From a virus, in IMG/VR virus record IMGVR_UViG_3300036985_004624: a stretch of DNA of 64,000 nucleotides. The stretch is one strand, 5' to 3'. Made by a program: the position numbers and the translations under genes. Under the pieces are notes generated by a model. That model saw only the letters and a list, made by a program, of their open reading frames with translations, was not told the DNA's origin and did not search any database. This document shows, piece by piece, positions 36,999 to 46,101 of the stretch (position 1 is the stretch's first letter; every line of letters begins with the position of its first letter).

Positions 36999-38027
36999 TT
37001 AATCTTTCTCTTTTAAAAGATGTCGATTAGAGATTACTTTGAATGATGCTTCACATTCATTGCACTTGAATACTAGCCCTTCTCTTTCGGGCCCGTTGAT
37101 GTTTCCCATAACAGACTTACCTTCAGCCAATGTTAATAGGTCAGCAATAGTTTCCGTAGAGAACGACTTTTTAGAAGTAAATACAGGAACATGCCGCAAT
37201 CCATACTTCGTAATAAAGGCCTTTCTTTCAGCTGGAGTGAAATATCTGCCATTCTTAACATCATAAATATCAAAGATAAAGAATTCCTGATCTTTAAACA
37301 TGTACGGATTACCTTGTATTCCGTTCCCTACTATTTCACCTTGCAATGCTAAATCGGGATTACCATCTTTTAGAATTTTTTCTAAATCATAACGAATTGC
37401 TACTTTCCATAGCGAGTTATTTTCGTCTCTCTTTAAATCCAAATTACGAGAACATACACCGAAATCTTCTTCGAGTAAATAGACAGTCATAGAACTGCCG
37501 TTTAGCTTTTCTGATTCTTCCCAAGTGAATCCTGTTTCTTTCCAGAATTCAAATTCCTTAGGTAAATTTTGAATTCTTTCTTGATCAGTCTTTGGAATTC
37601 TAGACGGAAAGTTTCCGCGAACAGTCCCTGCCAAGTTTGCAGCGATAGGTGCTTCGTATTTCTGAATATTAAGCGGTAAGGAAACATCTAAACCCTCGAA
37701 TAACATAGATTCGATGTTAGCACAAGTCGGCTCGAGCGGCATTAATAAACCCTGAGATAGCTGCTTTTTTAGCCGAATTGTGCGTAATTTTTCGCCCTTA
37801 ACCCCGTTATACTCCCTAGGCTCTTTGCCTTTAGACAAAAACGGTGCTAATTCGATGGGAATCCAAGAATCCGGTTCTGCATATACTACTAGATCATCAA
37901 TGGCATATTTTCCGACCGAATCAACTACCCACCAACCGTCCACCCGATAGGCACAGATTAAATCTGCTTCGGGTATTGCTTTAATCTCAACAATTTTACG
38001 AATTGTTGCCATTTTTCTTTCTGTCAT
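36999..38027 (-). CDS. RNA ligase (DRB0094-like/Rnl2-fold) with N-terminal OB domain
   Basis: IPKTDQERIQN, EKLNGSS (motif I), LQGEIVG, FDIYD, REGLVFK and SFKVIS motifs. Confidence 0.85.
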   Translation of the reverse strand: MTERKMATIRKIVEIKAIPEADLICAYRVDGWWVVDSVGKYAIDDLVVYAEPDSWIPIELAPFLSKGKEPREYNGVKGEKLRTIRLKKQLSQGLLMPLEPTCANIESMLFEGLDVSLPLNIQKYEAPIAANLAGTVRGNFPSRIPKTDQERIQNLPKEFEFWKETGFTWEESEKLNGSSMTVYLLEEDFGVCSRNLDLKRDENNSLWKVAIRYDLEKILKDGNPDLALQGEIVGNGIQGNPYMFKDQEFFIFDIYDVKNGRYFTPAERKAFITKYGLRHVPVFTSKKSFSTETIADLLTLAEGKSVMGNINGPEREGLVFKCNECEASFKVISNRHLLKEKD

Positions 38028-38028
38028 A

Positions 38029-38484
38029 TCAATCCTTTACATATCTATCTTCTAACGGCCTATTTAAGTATTCTTCATCCTCTGGTCGATCCGGGTGCCA
38101 TTTTGTTATTGGCTTAATCCAATCTGAAAATGCAAGTTTGAACATAATAGCACTATTCTCATTTTCAAAACTAAATCGATACCAAGTATTATGAATATCA
38201 TATTTCTTTTCCCATTCATAACTCTTCCCGTAATACTTCTTATAATCCATCTCGACACTATCGAAAATAACAGTGTCCGGTATTAAATTTTCTATCCAAC
38301 GGCGAATTTCTAATTTGCGACTTGCATATTGGAATTCATCTCTGTGCATACATAGTTGATGCGGAAAATTCTTACTAGGCCAGTCAAATCTATAACTACC
38401 TGCACCCGAATGTACCCAATACGCATCATCAAAAAACCAAGTAGCATCTAAGCCTAAAGTATTAAGTGTAACTAATCTGCCCAT
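38029..38484 (-). CDS. hypothetical protein
   Basis: 151-aa ORF. Confidence 0.6.
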   Translation of the reverse strand: MGRLVTLNTLGLDATWFFDDAYWVHSGAGSYRFDWPSKNFPHQLCMHRDEFQYASRKLEIRRWIENLIPDTVIFDSVEMDYKKYYGKSYEWEKKYDIHNTWYRFSFENENSAIMFKLAFSDWIKPITKWHPDRPEDEEYLNRPLEDRYVKD

Positions 38485-38499
38485 TTGCTAGTATAAATG

Positions 38500-38527
38500 A
38501 CAAAACCGCTTATTGCAAGCGGTTTTG
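38500..38527 (-). terminator. intrinsic terminator
   Basis: CAAAACCGCTT / AAGCGGTTTTG inverted repeat. Confidence 0.7.
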
Positions 38528-38542
38528 TTTGGTTAAAGAAGT

Positions 38543-39487
38543 TTACTTCTTTTTAGCTGGCACTGCAACCTTAGTTACTGGCAATTCATAATAGGACCAC
38601 TTGCCTGTATTATCTGGATTCACTGCATTCCACTTTTTATGCATACCCGTAGTTTCTTGCAATTCGGCAACATTGGCCTTAAAGCATCCGCGGAGTGCGC
38701 CCAGCGACTGAACATACTTTTCTGTCTTATATGCACGAGTTACAAACAGGGATTCTGTTGCAATAGATTGCACACCTGAACCGCCTTGACCCATACTCGA
38801 ATAGTTCAACTTAGCAGGAACATACACGCTCTTCAACTTACCCATAGTTGCCTCAGGGAAGGAAAGCAATTTGTATGTATTATTGAGTGCCTTAACATCG
38901 TCCATCGGCTGGCCGCCGACCATTACAATAGCTGCCACCTGACCTGCATCCAATGCTGCCTTAGCTGCTTTGAAATCAGCTACTTCGACTACCGTAAAAC
39001 TAATTTCACTTTGCAGACGAATAACTTGCGCTGTAACAATACTACCGCCCCATGCTGCAACAGCACGGCCTTGGAGATCATTCACAGTATTAAATACTGC
39101 TGGCTTCTTGCCCATACCCAATGTACCACCTTCCAAGATGGCGCTTGTGGCAGAAGTAATCACATGCACTTCTTCAGGATACAATGCAAATAGTGTTTTA
39201 ATGCCCCCCAAGTCTTCATTTCGGGCACGATAAAACAGTACATCGGTTTGTACAATAGCTGCGTTCACTTCATTACCAAGCAACTTATCCATATTATCGA
39301 CAGAACCCTTCGACGGTACTTCGATCTGCATAATTTGATCTTTACATGCTTGCTGGAACTCAGTAAACATACGGTGATATGTGCCAGTTACTCCGCCTGT
39401 TGCTACTTTAAGTTGTGCTTGAGCCATTGCCCCTGCAGAAACCATAAGCATGGCGCTAATTGCAATAATCTTTGAAAATTTCTTCAT
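38543..39487 (-). CDS. TAXI-family TRAP transporter solute-binding protein
   Basis: signal peptide, VATGG.TGTY, SKGSVDN, IVQTDV and LYPEEVHV motifs. Confidence 0.8.
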   Translation of the reverse strand: MKKFSKIIAISAMLMVSAGAMAQAQLKVATGGVTGTYHRMFTEFQQACKDQIMQIEVPSKGSVDNMDKLLGNEVNAAIVQTDVLFYRARNEDLGGIKTLFALYPEEVHVITSATSAILEGGTLGMGKKPAVFNTVNDLQGRAVAAWGGSIVTAQVIRLQSEISFTVVEVADFKAAKAALDAGQVAAIVMVGGQPMDDVKALNNTYKLLSFPEATMGKLKSVYVPAKLNYSSMGQGGSGVQSIATESLFVTRAYKTEKYVQSLGALRGCFKANVAELQETTGMHKKWNAVNPDNTGKWSYYELPVTKVAVPAKKK

Positions 39488-39506
39488 TTGTGTGTCTTTC
39501 TTTAAG

Positions 39507-39671
39507 TTAGTTAATTTTCAGGTTTTTCAAATCTGCATCAGACGAACCTTGCGGTTGTGGCTGACTTTGCATTGTAGGACCTGCAGGGCTTTGATGATCG
39601 CCGCCCGTTAAAACAAACAATGCTACCAGGATAACAAGTACCAATAATGATCCAAAAATTCGTGTCTTCAT
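39507..39671 (-). CDS. 54-aa single-TM protein (not in ORF track)
   Basis: MKTRIFGSLLVLVILVALFVLTGG...; ATGA overlap with the upstream gene. Confidence 0.6.
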   Translation of the reverse strand: MKTRIFGSLLVLVILVALFVLTGGDHQSPAGPTMQSQPQPQGSSDADLKNLKIN

Positions 39672-40426
39672 TTAACACCTACTTTCTGTGTTTCGCGAAC
39701 TTGTACATCAAGCACAACCGGCTCGCTATTGCTTAATTGTACAACAACCGCGGTCGGTTTGTCATCCACATCCACATCTAACGCTGCTGCTACCTCAAGT
39801 TCAGCGAATGCACGATTCATACTTTCGAATACTGCATCGACTGCTGTATCAGCTTTTAACCGTTCAAATTGGTCGCCCGTATCCATACCTGCTGCCTTGT
39901 TGGCTGCTTGAGCTGCTTGACTCATTTCCCAATAAGCCTTCATTTCTTCCAATTTATTATGACCTTCCTCAAGTACATGTTCGGCATCATTTAATGCCTT
40001 TTTCTTTCGCTCAACCAAGTCAGTCATCCGAACAAGTTGTGTTTTAAATTCGGGTGCTCGCGCAGGATATTTTAAAGCAAATGCTTCTATCTTACTTTTA
40101 AAGTTATTTCTTGCAGTTACAGCAGTTGTAACATTGATCTGGAATTCTTTAAATGCCACCTGCTTTGCTGCAAGCAAATTAACCATAGTTTCGATTGGAT
40201 TTTCTTTGGCCTCGGCCATAATTGCCCTAACTTTCCAATTCGCAAACTTCATTGTCACCCATGGCGTAAAAGTTACTACTGCCAATCCCACTACACCGGC
40301 AATTACTAAGCCGATAAGCCCCTGTATTGCTAAAAAAATTACCGGAGCAACAATTAAACCAGTCAACCCCACTAATCCAACGGTTGCCCATTTCTTTACG
40401 TTAGCACGTCTTGTATCGATATCCAT
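39668..40426 (-). CDS. membrane-anchored coiled-coil protein, possibly PspA/IM30-like
   Basis: two N-terminal TM segments, then ENPIE and a long Ala/Glu-rich coiled coil. Confidence 0.55.
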   Translation of the reverse strand: MDIDTRRANVKKWATVGLVGLTGLIVAPVIFLAIQGLIGLVIAGVVGLAVVTFTPWVTMKFANWKVRAIMAEAKENPIETMVNLLAAKQVAFKEFQINVTTAVTARNNFKSKIEAFALKYPARAPEFKTQLVRMTDLVERKKKALNDAEHVLEEGHNKLEEMKAYWEMSQAAQAANKAAGMDTGDQFERLKADTAVDAVFESMNRAFAELEVAAALDVDVDDKPTAVVVQLSNSEPVVLDVQVRETQKVGVK

Positions 40427-40492
40427 ATGTGTCCTTTCTGTGTTAGACGCTGCTATTATATAACAGCGCCCATGTTAAAACAACCGATTTTA

Positions 40493-40975
40493 TTACTTCA
40501 GAGCAGATATAGCAGATTCATAGATCTTGTTATAAACACCGTGAAACACTTTCTTAACCAGTATTTGAATTCCATCGATAATATCGAATACCAAACTATC
40601 GATGATAGAGAAAGGCCATACAATGATCCACGATGTAATTGTCGATAACATTGCCTTAGGACTCAGATATTCAAGTGCATGAGTCTTTAGATGTTGCTGA
40701 GCGTCTTTATACTCTTCAATAACATCAGCAACATGCCGTTTATATCTCCAAAAACTCCATAATAGACCAGCTGCTACATAAACTACTGCGCCAATCGTAA
40801 GTGTTAACAATGGTACACTGAAGAAGAAGAACAGAACAACGGCAGTAATTAATGCAATAAATACTGCCCATCCGTGAGCATCGTTGTGCTCGAACAGAAC
40901 ACCTAGCACCAAAAGTACTATTAATGCAGGCCATGTTAACATAACACCCGCTATAAATCCTAAAACTGTAAACAT
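40493..40975 (-). CDS. multi-pass membrane protein
   Basis: several hydrophobic segments. Confidence 0.65.
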   Translation of the reverse strand: MFTVLGFIAGVMLTWPALIVLLVLGVLFEHNDAHGWAVFIALITAVVLFFFFSVPLLTLTIGAVVYVAAGLLWSFWRYKRHVADVIEEYKDAQQHLKTHALEYLSPKAMLSTITSWIIVWPFSIIDSLVFDIIDGIQILVKKVFHGVYNKIYESAISALK

Positions 40976-41095
40976 TTGATTTCTTTCTATATTAATCGGT
41001 AACTAAACTGTCACCAAATGTCAGCTTATATGATTATTATATAGATGTCAATTTATTCGATTAGTATTGCTACTCAAAATTACTAATTTGTGATT

Positions 41096-41704
41096 TTAAT
41101 GGTGCATCTCTATAAATATATCTGCAGATATTTCTTTTAGATGCATTTGTATCGTTCTTATTTCTGATTCGGTAGGTTCGGCAGTTAAATATAAATTAAC
41201 AATACCTACAAAATTACCATATGATGGAGGAATACTAGTTGAGCAAATTGTTTTTATAAAAGATGCCGAGGCCGGAAGATTCTTAAATAACATGCTTTCG
41301 CTAATAGGCGAACACACGAATTCATGATTTATAATTCTAATCATTCGAGCATTACTTGCTTCATTATTATTTGTAAAGATGGGAGATATATGCGATATCT
41401 TATTAGAAATATAATTCATATATATTTTCTGAAATTCATTAGATTCTAATTGGCTATATACAACATGCCTGGCATTTTTCGATAAATCCATTGCCATTAC
41501 TTGTATTCCCATATAATCGGGATGACTATGTAAGAATTGATCAATTTTTATAATTACTAACGGGCTTAATGTGGAGAACTCTGTATCGTATGAAACTAGT
41601 TTATATACTAAAAATGATAATAATAAAATAACAGAAACTATAATAGGTATCACTGTTCTTAAGCTTATTCTTTTTGGTGTTTTTTGTCGTACAACCTCTG
41701 TCAT
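41096..41704 (-). CDS. single-TM protein with GAF-like periplasmic domain (T4 holin T-like, tentative); paralog of 41961-42653
   Basis: TM, then HEFVC...TICSTSIPPSYGNFVG. Confidence 0.45.
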   Translation of the reverse strand: MTEVVRQKTPKRISLRTVIPIIVSVILLLSFLVYKLVSYDTEFSTLSPLVIIKIDQFLHSHPDYMGIQVMAMDLSKNARHVVYSQLESNEFQKIYMNYISNKISHISPIFTNNNEASNARMIRIINHEFVCSPISESMLFKNLPASASFIKTICSTSIPPSYGNFVGIVNLYLTAEPTESEIRTIQMHLKEISADIFIEMHH

Positions 41705-41710
41705 TTTAAA

Positions 41711-41980
41711 TTATCCCAATAGTGCAGCAATTAACAAATACTCTTCCACCATCTCTATATCTGCATTAACTTTACTTAATATTTCTATTGCCTTAATTTT
41801 CTTCCCTCGTCTGGCTTCGACTTCTGCCTTAGATAATTGAGTAACTCCCTGTTGTAAATTTTTAACAAATCGTTGAATATCTCTCCGATTAATAAGTTTA
41901 CTACTTTTATGTAATATGTCTGATTCGATCGCAGTCCATTCTATGCTAGAATTAATTCGTTTATTTAATGTCGCGTTCAT
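41711..41980 (-). CDS. hypothetical helical protein
   Basis: 89-aa ORF. Confidence 0.55.
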   Translation of the reverse strand: MNATLNKRINSSIEWTAIESDILHKSSKLINRRDIQRFVKNLQQGVTQLSKAEVEARRGKKIKAIEILSKVNADIEMVEEYLLIAALLG

Positions 41981-42653
41981 ATATTTTAGATGCTAAATTT
42001 CTTGTTACTTCTCTTAACTGGGCGATTTCAGAGGCGGTAGGATTTCGCTTTAGTATAACACTTACTACGCCGCTAAAGATACCATAAAATGGGGGAATTC
42101 CGTTAGAACAGACCGTATTTGCAAAAGGTATTGTGGTAGGATTAAGCATGGCATCGATCGAATCACTATATGAATGGCACGTAAATTCACCGTTTATAAG
42201 ATCCACCATTCTACTATTGTTTATAGTATCTGTATTAAATAATGGTACATCTCCCGATAATCTTCTATCATCAGTGTCATATATTTTTCGTAAATTACTA
42301 TCATCGCTATTCTTATATATAATATAACGAGTATTCTTTTGAAAATCTACCGTGGATATAATAATAGATACAATTAAGTCGGACTGCACAACAAGCATAT
42401 CTATTTCTTCTCTGCTTTTTTTAGTCAGTGCCTGTGGAGGACTTTTATATTGACCTATTCGCTGATGTTTTGTGTATTCTATAAAAACAGATCGTGTTTC
42501 ATATAACGCAACAGCTAAACCGACTATAATAAAAAATACAGTCAATTGAAGGAGTTTAGTCCATGTAAGAATCTTCAAGAATGCTTGAATTAATGTAAGA
42601 TTGCCTGCGGCATTACTGGCAACATTATTTGCCACATCAGTTTTTATACTCAT
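41961..42653 (-). CDS. single-TM protein with GAF-like periplasmic domain (T4 holin T-like, tentative)
   Basis: TM, then GEFTC...TVCSNGIPPFYGIFSG. Confidence 0.45.
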   Translation of the reverse strand: MSIKTDVANNVASNAAGNLTLIQAFLKILTWTKLLQLTVFFIIVGLAVALYETRSVFIEYTKHQRIGQYKSPPQALTKKSREEIDMLVVQSDLIVSIIISTVDFQKNTRYIIYKNSDDSNLRKIYDTDDRRLSGDVPLFNTDTINNSRMVDLINGEFTCHSYSDSIDAMLNPTTIPFANTVCSNGIPPFYGIFSGVVSVILKRNPTASEIAQLREVTRNLASKIYERDIK

Positions 42654-42742
42654 TACACCTGCTTATTTATTATAACAGGTAAAAATACCACATTATGACA
42701 ATATTTACCTATATATTACCAATAATGGATGTGAGTAGTTAA

Positions 42743-42817
42743 TGGTGCCCATTCCGAGAATCGAACTCGGGATCTTCTCTTTACCAAAGAGATGCTTTAC
42801 CACTGAGCCAAACGGGC
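42743..42817 (-). tRNA. tRNA-Thr(GGT)
   Basis: GCCCGTT/AATGGGC acceptor, TCTCT-TTGGTAA-AGAGA anticodon arm, CCA. Confidence 0.92.
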
Positions 42818-42899
42818 AAAAAGAGTAGGTATATTATTTAATAATATATCTGGGCCGGTGTGTATCTATTTAGATAGCACCACGCATACTCTGTATTTA

Positions 42900-43100
42900 T
42901 TATTCTGCTAATGCAAGCGGATCTTTATTCCGCAGATTAGGTGTCTTAGATTTTAAGGCCTGGCGGCGGGCCGCCGCTTCTGCCAATTCACCTTGAATCA
43001 TTAGGTATTTATAATGACCCCGATCTTCGTTCGATTTGCAGAGTAATGCAATTTGCGTTTTGGCTCGCTTGGAAAGTCTAAAATTCTTATCAGGTGTCAT
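42900..43100 (-). CDS. hypothetical protein
   Basis: 66-aa ORF, ATGA-coupled to the upstream gene. Confidence 0.55.
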   Translation of the reverse strand: MTPDKNFRLSKRAKTQIALLCKSNEDRGHYKYLMIQGELAEAAARRQALKSKTPNLRNKDPLALAE

Positions 43101-43462
43101 ATATCTTTTCTTTCTTTATTTTCGCGTTGTGTACGCTGATTAATATTTTTTCTTATAGAGCCGATTTGCTCATTAAGCGAACGGGACTTCTTATCAGATG
43201 CATCCTGCCGCTTATTTACTGCTACTATAGCATTTTGCACCTCTCGCAGTCTACCGGTTTCGGAATTTTCTGAATGACGCACTCTGGCAATATTCTCTGT
43301 TACGAGCACAATAATAGTCTGCTCTTCTGGTATGAATGAACGGTGTTTAACAATCCATTCTTCGCCACTAATAACAACCATATCTCCGGGCATGGGAGGA
43401 AATGCTTCTTCGCTACCCCAATATAATTTAGTCCCGTATTCGTCTTCGTAATGTATTTTCAT
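43097..43462 (-). CDS. hypothetical protein
   Basis: 121-aa ORF. Confidence 0.6.
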   Translation of the reverse strand: MKIHYEDEYGTKLYWGSEEAFPPMPGDMVVISGEEWIVKHRSFIPEEQTIIVLVTENIARVRHSENSETGRLREVQNAIVAVNKRQDASDKKSRSLNEQIGSIRKNINQRTQRENKERKDI

Positions 43463-43479
43463 ATTGTATTTATAATAAA

Positions 43480-43712
43480 TTAGGTGAGTGTCTTGCTAAT
43501 CGGTCATCATAGCTACAAAGTGTGACTCAAACGGTTTGCCAAATCTATCACACTATACGTTATATTTCTACTGCTATATAACTTTTCTGTCCATTTTCCC
43601 GACACTCGGGAGGAGATACCGTAAGATAGGTCAACATAGGATGGGTTGAGATTTATCTTTCTGCCCATATGTTCCACCGGCTGTATCTCTTTCTTGACTG
43701 CCTTTTACCTAA
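43480..43712 (-). ncRNA. candidate multi-stem ncRNA (unknown family)
   Basis: terminal TTAGGT/ACCTAA stem plus at least five internal helices. Confidence 0.5.
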
Positions 43713-43718
43713 TATCCG

Positions 43719-44327
43719 TTACATTGCGCCCGGGTCTGTATAATTGCACTTCTTAAATGCCCACGCACGTTCTCTACATTGCCAGCATAAATTACATCTT
43801 AGTGTTTTCGATTCTGTGCAAGTATGCGTTATTTCCATAATCTCTGTTAATCCGCGATCTATACACAATTGTAGCATAACATCTTTTGTATAGTCAAAGA
43901 AAGGTTTATATAGTCTCGGATGATCGCCCCTTTTTCGTGGAGGTCCACCCGGTACTTCGTCTATCGGCGGTACTATGTTATCGCCTGTCAATAATACTTC
44001 AAATTTAAAATTTATCAATGCCTCACTTATGCCACTACTAACTTGTTGAGTAAAGTGTAAATCTGGATTACCTACAATATGCCATTCCGTAGGAATTTTA
44101 TTAAATTTATTGTCAATATAATCGATAATTCGTTTGGCATGAATAACTGAATCATCATATCTGGGAACAGTAAAGAATTCGAATGCATTATTAGTCTGAT
44201 TTTTTTCTCTTAGATCATGCACCAAATACGTCAGTAATGTACTATCAAACCCACCCGAAACAAGCAGGCCTATATTTTTATGCGTTGACAGTATATATTC
44301 TAAATCTGAAATAATTCTATGGTTCAT
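43719..44327 (-). CDS. QueC-like PP-loop ATPase
   Basis: SGGFDS and C-terminal THTC...CNLCWQCRER zinc motif. Confidence 0.7.
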   Translation of the reverse strand: MNHRIISDLEYILSTHKNIGLLVSGGFDSTLLTYLVHDLREKNQTNNAFEFFTVPRYDDSVIHAKRIIDYIDNKFNKIPTEWHIVGNPDLHFTQQVSSGISEALINFKFEVLLTGDNIVPPIDEVPGGPPRKRGDHPRLYKPFFDYTKDVMLQLCIDRGLTEIMEITHTCTESKTLRCNLCWQCRERAWAFKKCNYTDPGAM

Positions 44328-44344
44328 ATAATTTATAAATTAGT

Positions 44345-44552
44345 GCTATAGACGGTAAATCTATATCCTGACACATTTATGAGCGTATTGCTCGACCGTC
44401 CCGCATGTACACTAGGGCGGACTTATCAGACACCGGCCAAAAGCGTGACCGCCCACTTTCTGGATGTAGGAGCTCCATTACTGAAATGGCAGTAATCACC
44501 AGCCCATAGTCCCGGACAAGGCATTGAGGCACCTTTCGATGTACCATCCCCA
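44345..44552 (-). ncRNA. candidate GC-rich structured ncRNA (unknown family)
   Basis: GC clearly above the flanks; several hairpins. Confidence 0.4.
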
Positions 44553-44559
44553 AGATTCA

Positions 44560-44742
44560 TTATACTACTTTCTTACGCTCTTCGCAAGTAATATTCTTAA
44601 TAATAACTGTTTCGCCGTCAATATCCATATCAAGAATATCATCTACCAACCAGCCTAACTCGTCTACCATCTCTTTTGGCAAAGGTAATACTGCATTACC
44701 TTCTTCATCCTCTTCAACTGTGACTGTCCATGTTTTATTCAT
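44560..44742 (-). CDS. AbrB/MazE-like DNA-binding protein
   Basis: GNAVLPLPKEMVDELGW..DD.L.M.IDG..VII. Confidence 0.7.
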   Translation of the reverse strand: MNKTWTVTVEEDEEGNAVLPLPKEMVDELGWLVDDILDMDIDGETVIIKNITCEERKKVV

Positions 44743-45134
44743 TATCTCTCCAATACTGTATGTGGTTTATTTGTTTTTCTTGCATGGCGAATTGTTGTCC
44801 AAGATCCGCTGCGCCATACTTCTTCTGTAGTTAACGGTGCACCTAATAGATATTCTGTTTCGTTTACTATATCTTTGTCTCGTTTAATATATGCTTTTGG
44901 TATTCTATGTTCATCACCTTTTCTAAATGCCTGAGTATAAGTTAATTCCGGCGGATGAACAACAATATGCACTTCAGGAAAAAATTCTCTAACGATATCG
45001 TGTGCTTCGGCATCGGCTCCTTTACAATCGCCATGATGGAATTCTGTTGGACCAAGTTCAAATAACTTAAGAACAAATTGTTCCTTTTGGGATTGACTCA
45101 TTCCTTGTCTTGTGCCTGTAAATCCTACTCTCAT
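44742..45134 (-). CDS. SLOG/DprA-like nucleotide-binding protein
   Basis: VGFTGTR, HHGDCKGAD, R..DIV and SGSWTTIRHA motifs. Confidence 0.7.
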   Translation of the reverse strand: MRVGFTGTRQGMSQSQKEQFVLKLFELGPTEFHHGDCKGADAEAHDIVREFFPEVHIVVHPPELTYTQAFRKGDEHRIPKAYIKRDKDIVNETEYLLGAPLTTEEVWRSGSWTTIRHARKTNKPHTVLER

Positions 45135-45589
45135 AATACTTTATACATATTGTCGAAATAACCTTCTATAACTCGTCTACCATAATACCTGTACCATTCG
45201 GGTTTTTCACTTATACGTGCAGAGATTCTCTCTATATTTATATCTACTTCTTTCTTATCTGGATGCCAGTCTACGTGGTTAAATTCTTTCGGTAAATCTC
45301 CGAAAAAATATCTAAAATCGGGATCACTGTTTATGTTATATTCACGTTTGACAAGTTCTCCTGTGAGTAATCTATAACGCTCTGTCAGGAACTTCATCTT
45401 ATTATAGAAGAATGTAACATGGCCTGTATTAAGTGTATATTTGCCAGGTATACTATTCTGAATAACCTGAATCGATTTCGTACGTAAAGATCTACGTAAT
45501 GCAGCAGGCACCATCTTAATTTCTCGCCATTCTGCGAATAAATGTTGATCGGCAAGATTTTCTACAGGAACTAAATTAATACGTGTCAT
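45131..45589 (-). CDS. denV: pyrimidine-dimer DNA glycosylase / endonuclease V
   Basis: MTRINLVP..L.DQHL.AEWREI, YTLNTGHVTFFYNK and KPEWYRY motifs. Confidence 0.92.
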   Translation of the reverse strand: MTRINLVPVENLADQHLFAEWREIKMVPAALRRSLRTKSIQVIQNSIPGKYTLNTGHVTFFYNKMKFLTERYRLLTGELVKREYNINSDPDFRYFFGDLPKEFNHVDWHPDKKEVDINIERISARISEKPEWYRYYGRRVIEGYFDNMYKVL

Positions 45590-45768
45590 AGTGACCTAAT
45601 AAGATCTTCAATCCGTGTTACAGTTCTTGCCTGCATATGAACATCACCCTGATACCATCGATAAAGTTGACACAATGATAGAATACGATCCATAATAGGG
45701 GCATTTGTATCATCAATAAGTTTATTTAACCTTTCACGTTCATCGACAAAATTGTGTTGTGTTCTCAT
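45586..45768 (-). CDS. hypothetical protein
   Basis: ATGA-coupled small ORF. Confidence 0.5.
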   Translation of the reverse strand: MRTQHNFVDERERLNKLIDDTNAPIMDRILSLCQLYRWYQGDVHMQARTVTRIEDLIRSL

Positions 45769-45983
45769 ATTTCCGATACCCCTCCAAAAACAAGTTTAAA
45801 AATTAAAGCTGACTCAGCATCGTAGAAGTGAAAGGTAGAATGACCGTGTCTCGACCAGAGCATATATCCTCCGTGGCCAAAATTTCCAACTTCTATATTC
45901 ATTTTTAGCCATTCTACCATTTTTTCAAAATGTGCTTGGCCCCGATCTTTAACATATATGATATTAGTGATGGATTTTCTCAT
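45765..45983 (-). CDS. hypothetical protein
   Basis: small ORF; C-terminal F...ALIFKL motif shared with 38029-38484. Confidence 0.55.
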   Translation of the reverse strand: MRKSITNIIYVKDRGQAHFEKMVEWLKMNIEVGNFGHGGYMLWSRHGHSTFHFYDAESALIFKLVFGGVSEI

Positions 45984-45990
45984 AATAAAT

Positions 45991-46065
45991 TGGCGCCTTG
46001 TGTGGGAATCGAACCCACTGCCAGGAAGTTTAGAAGTTCTTGCTCTACCGTTGAGCTAACAAGGC
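45991..46065 (-). tRNA. tRNA with CTA anticodon (putative amber suppressor; weak anticodon stem)
   Basis: GCCTTGT/ACAAGGC acceptor, canonical D and T arms, AGAAC-TTCTAAA-CTTCC, G73-CCA. Confidence 0.65.
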
Positions 46066-46101
46066 GTGTATGTGCCATTTTACTGGCACATTTGATTATT
46101 G

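Noticed and set aside
43480-44552. RNase P RNA or group I intron in the structured gaps
   Set aside because: No GAGGAAAGUCC-type P4 motif and no convincing P7 pairing; the flanking ORFs are not interrupted.
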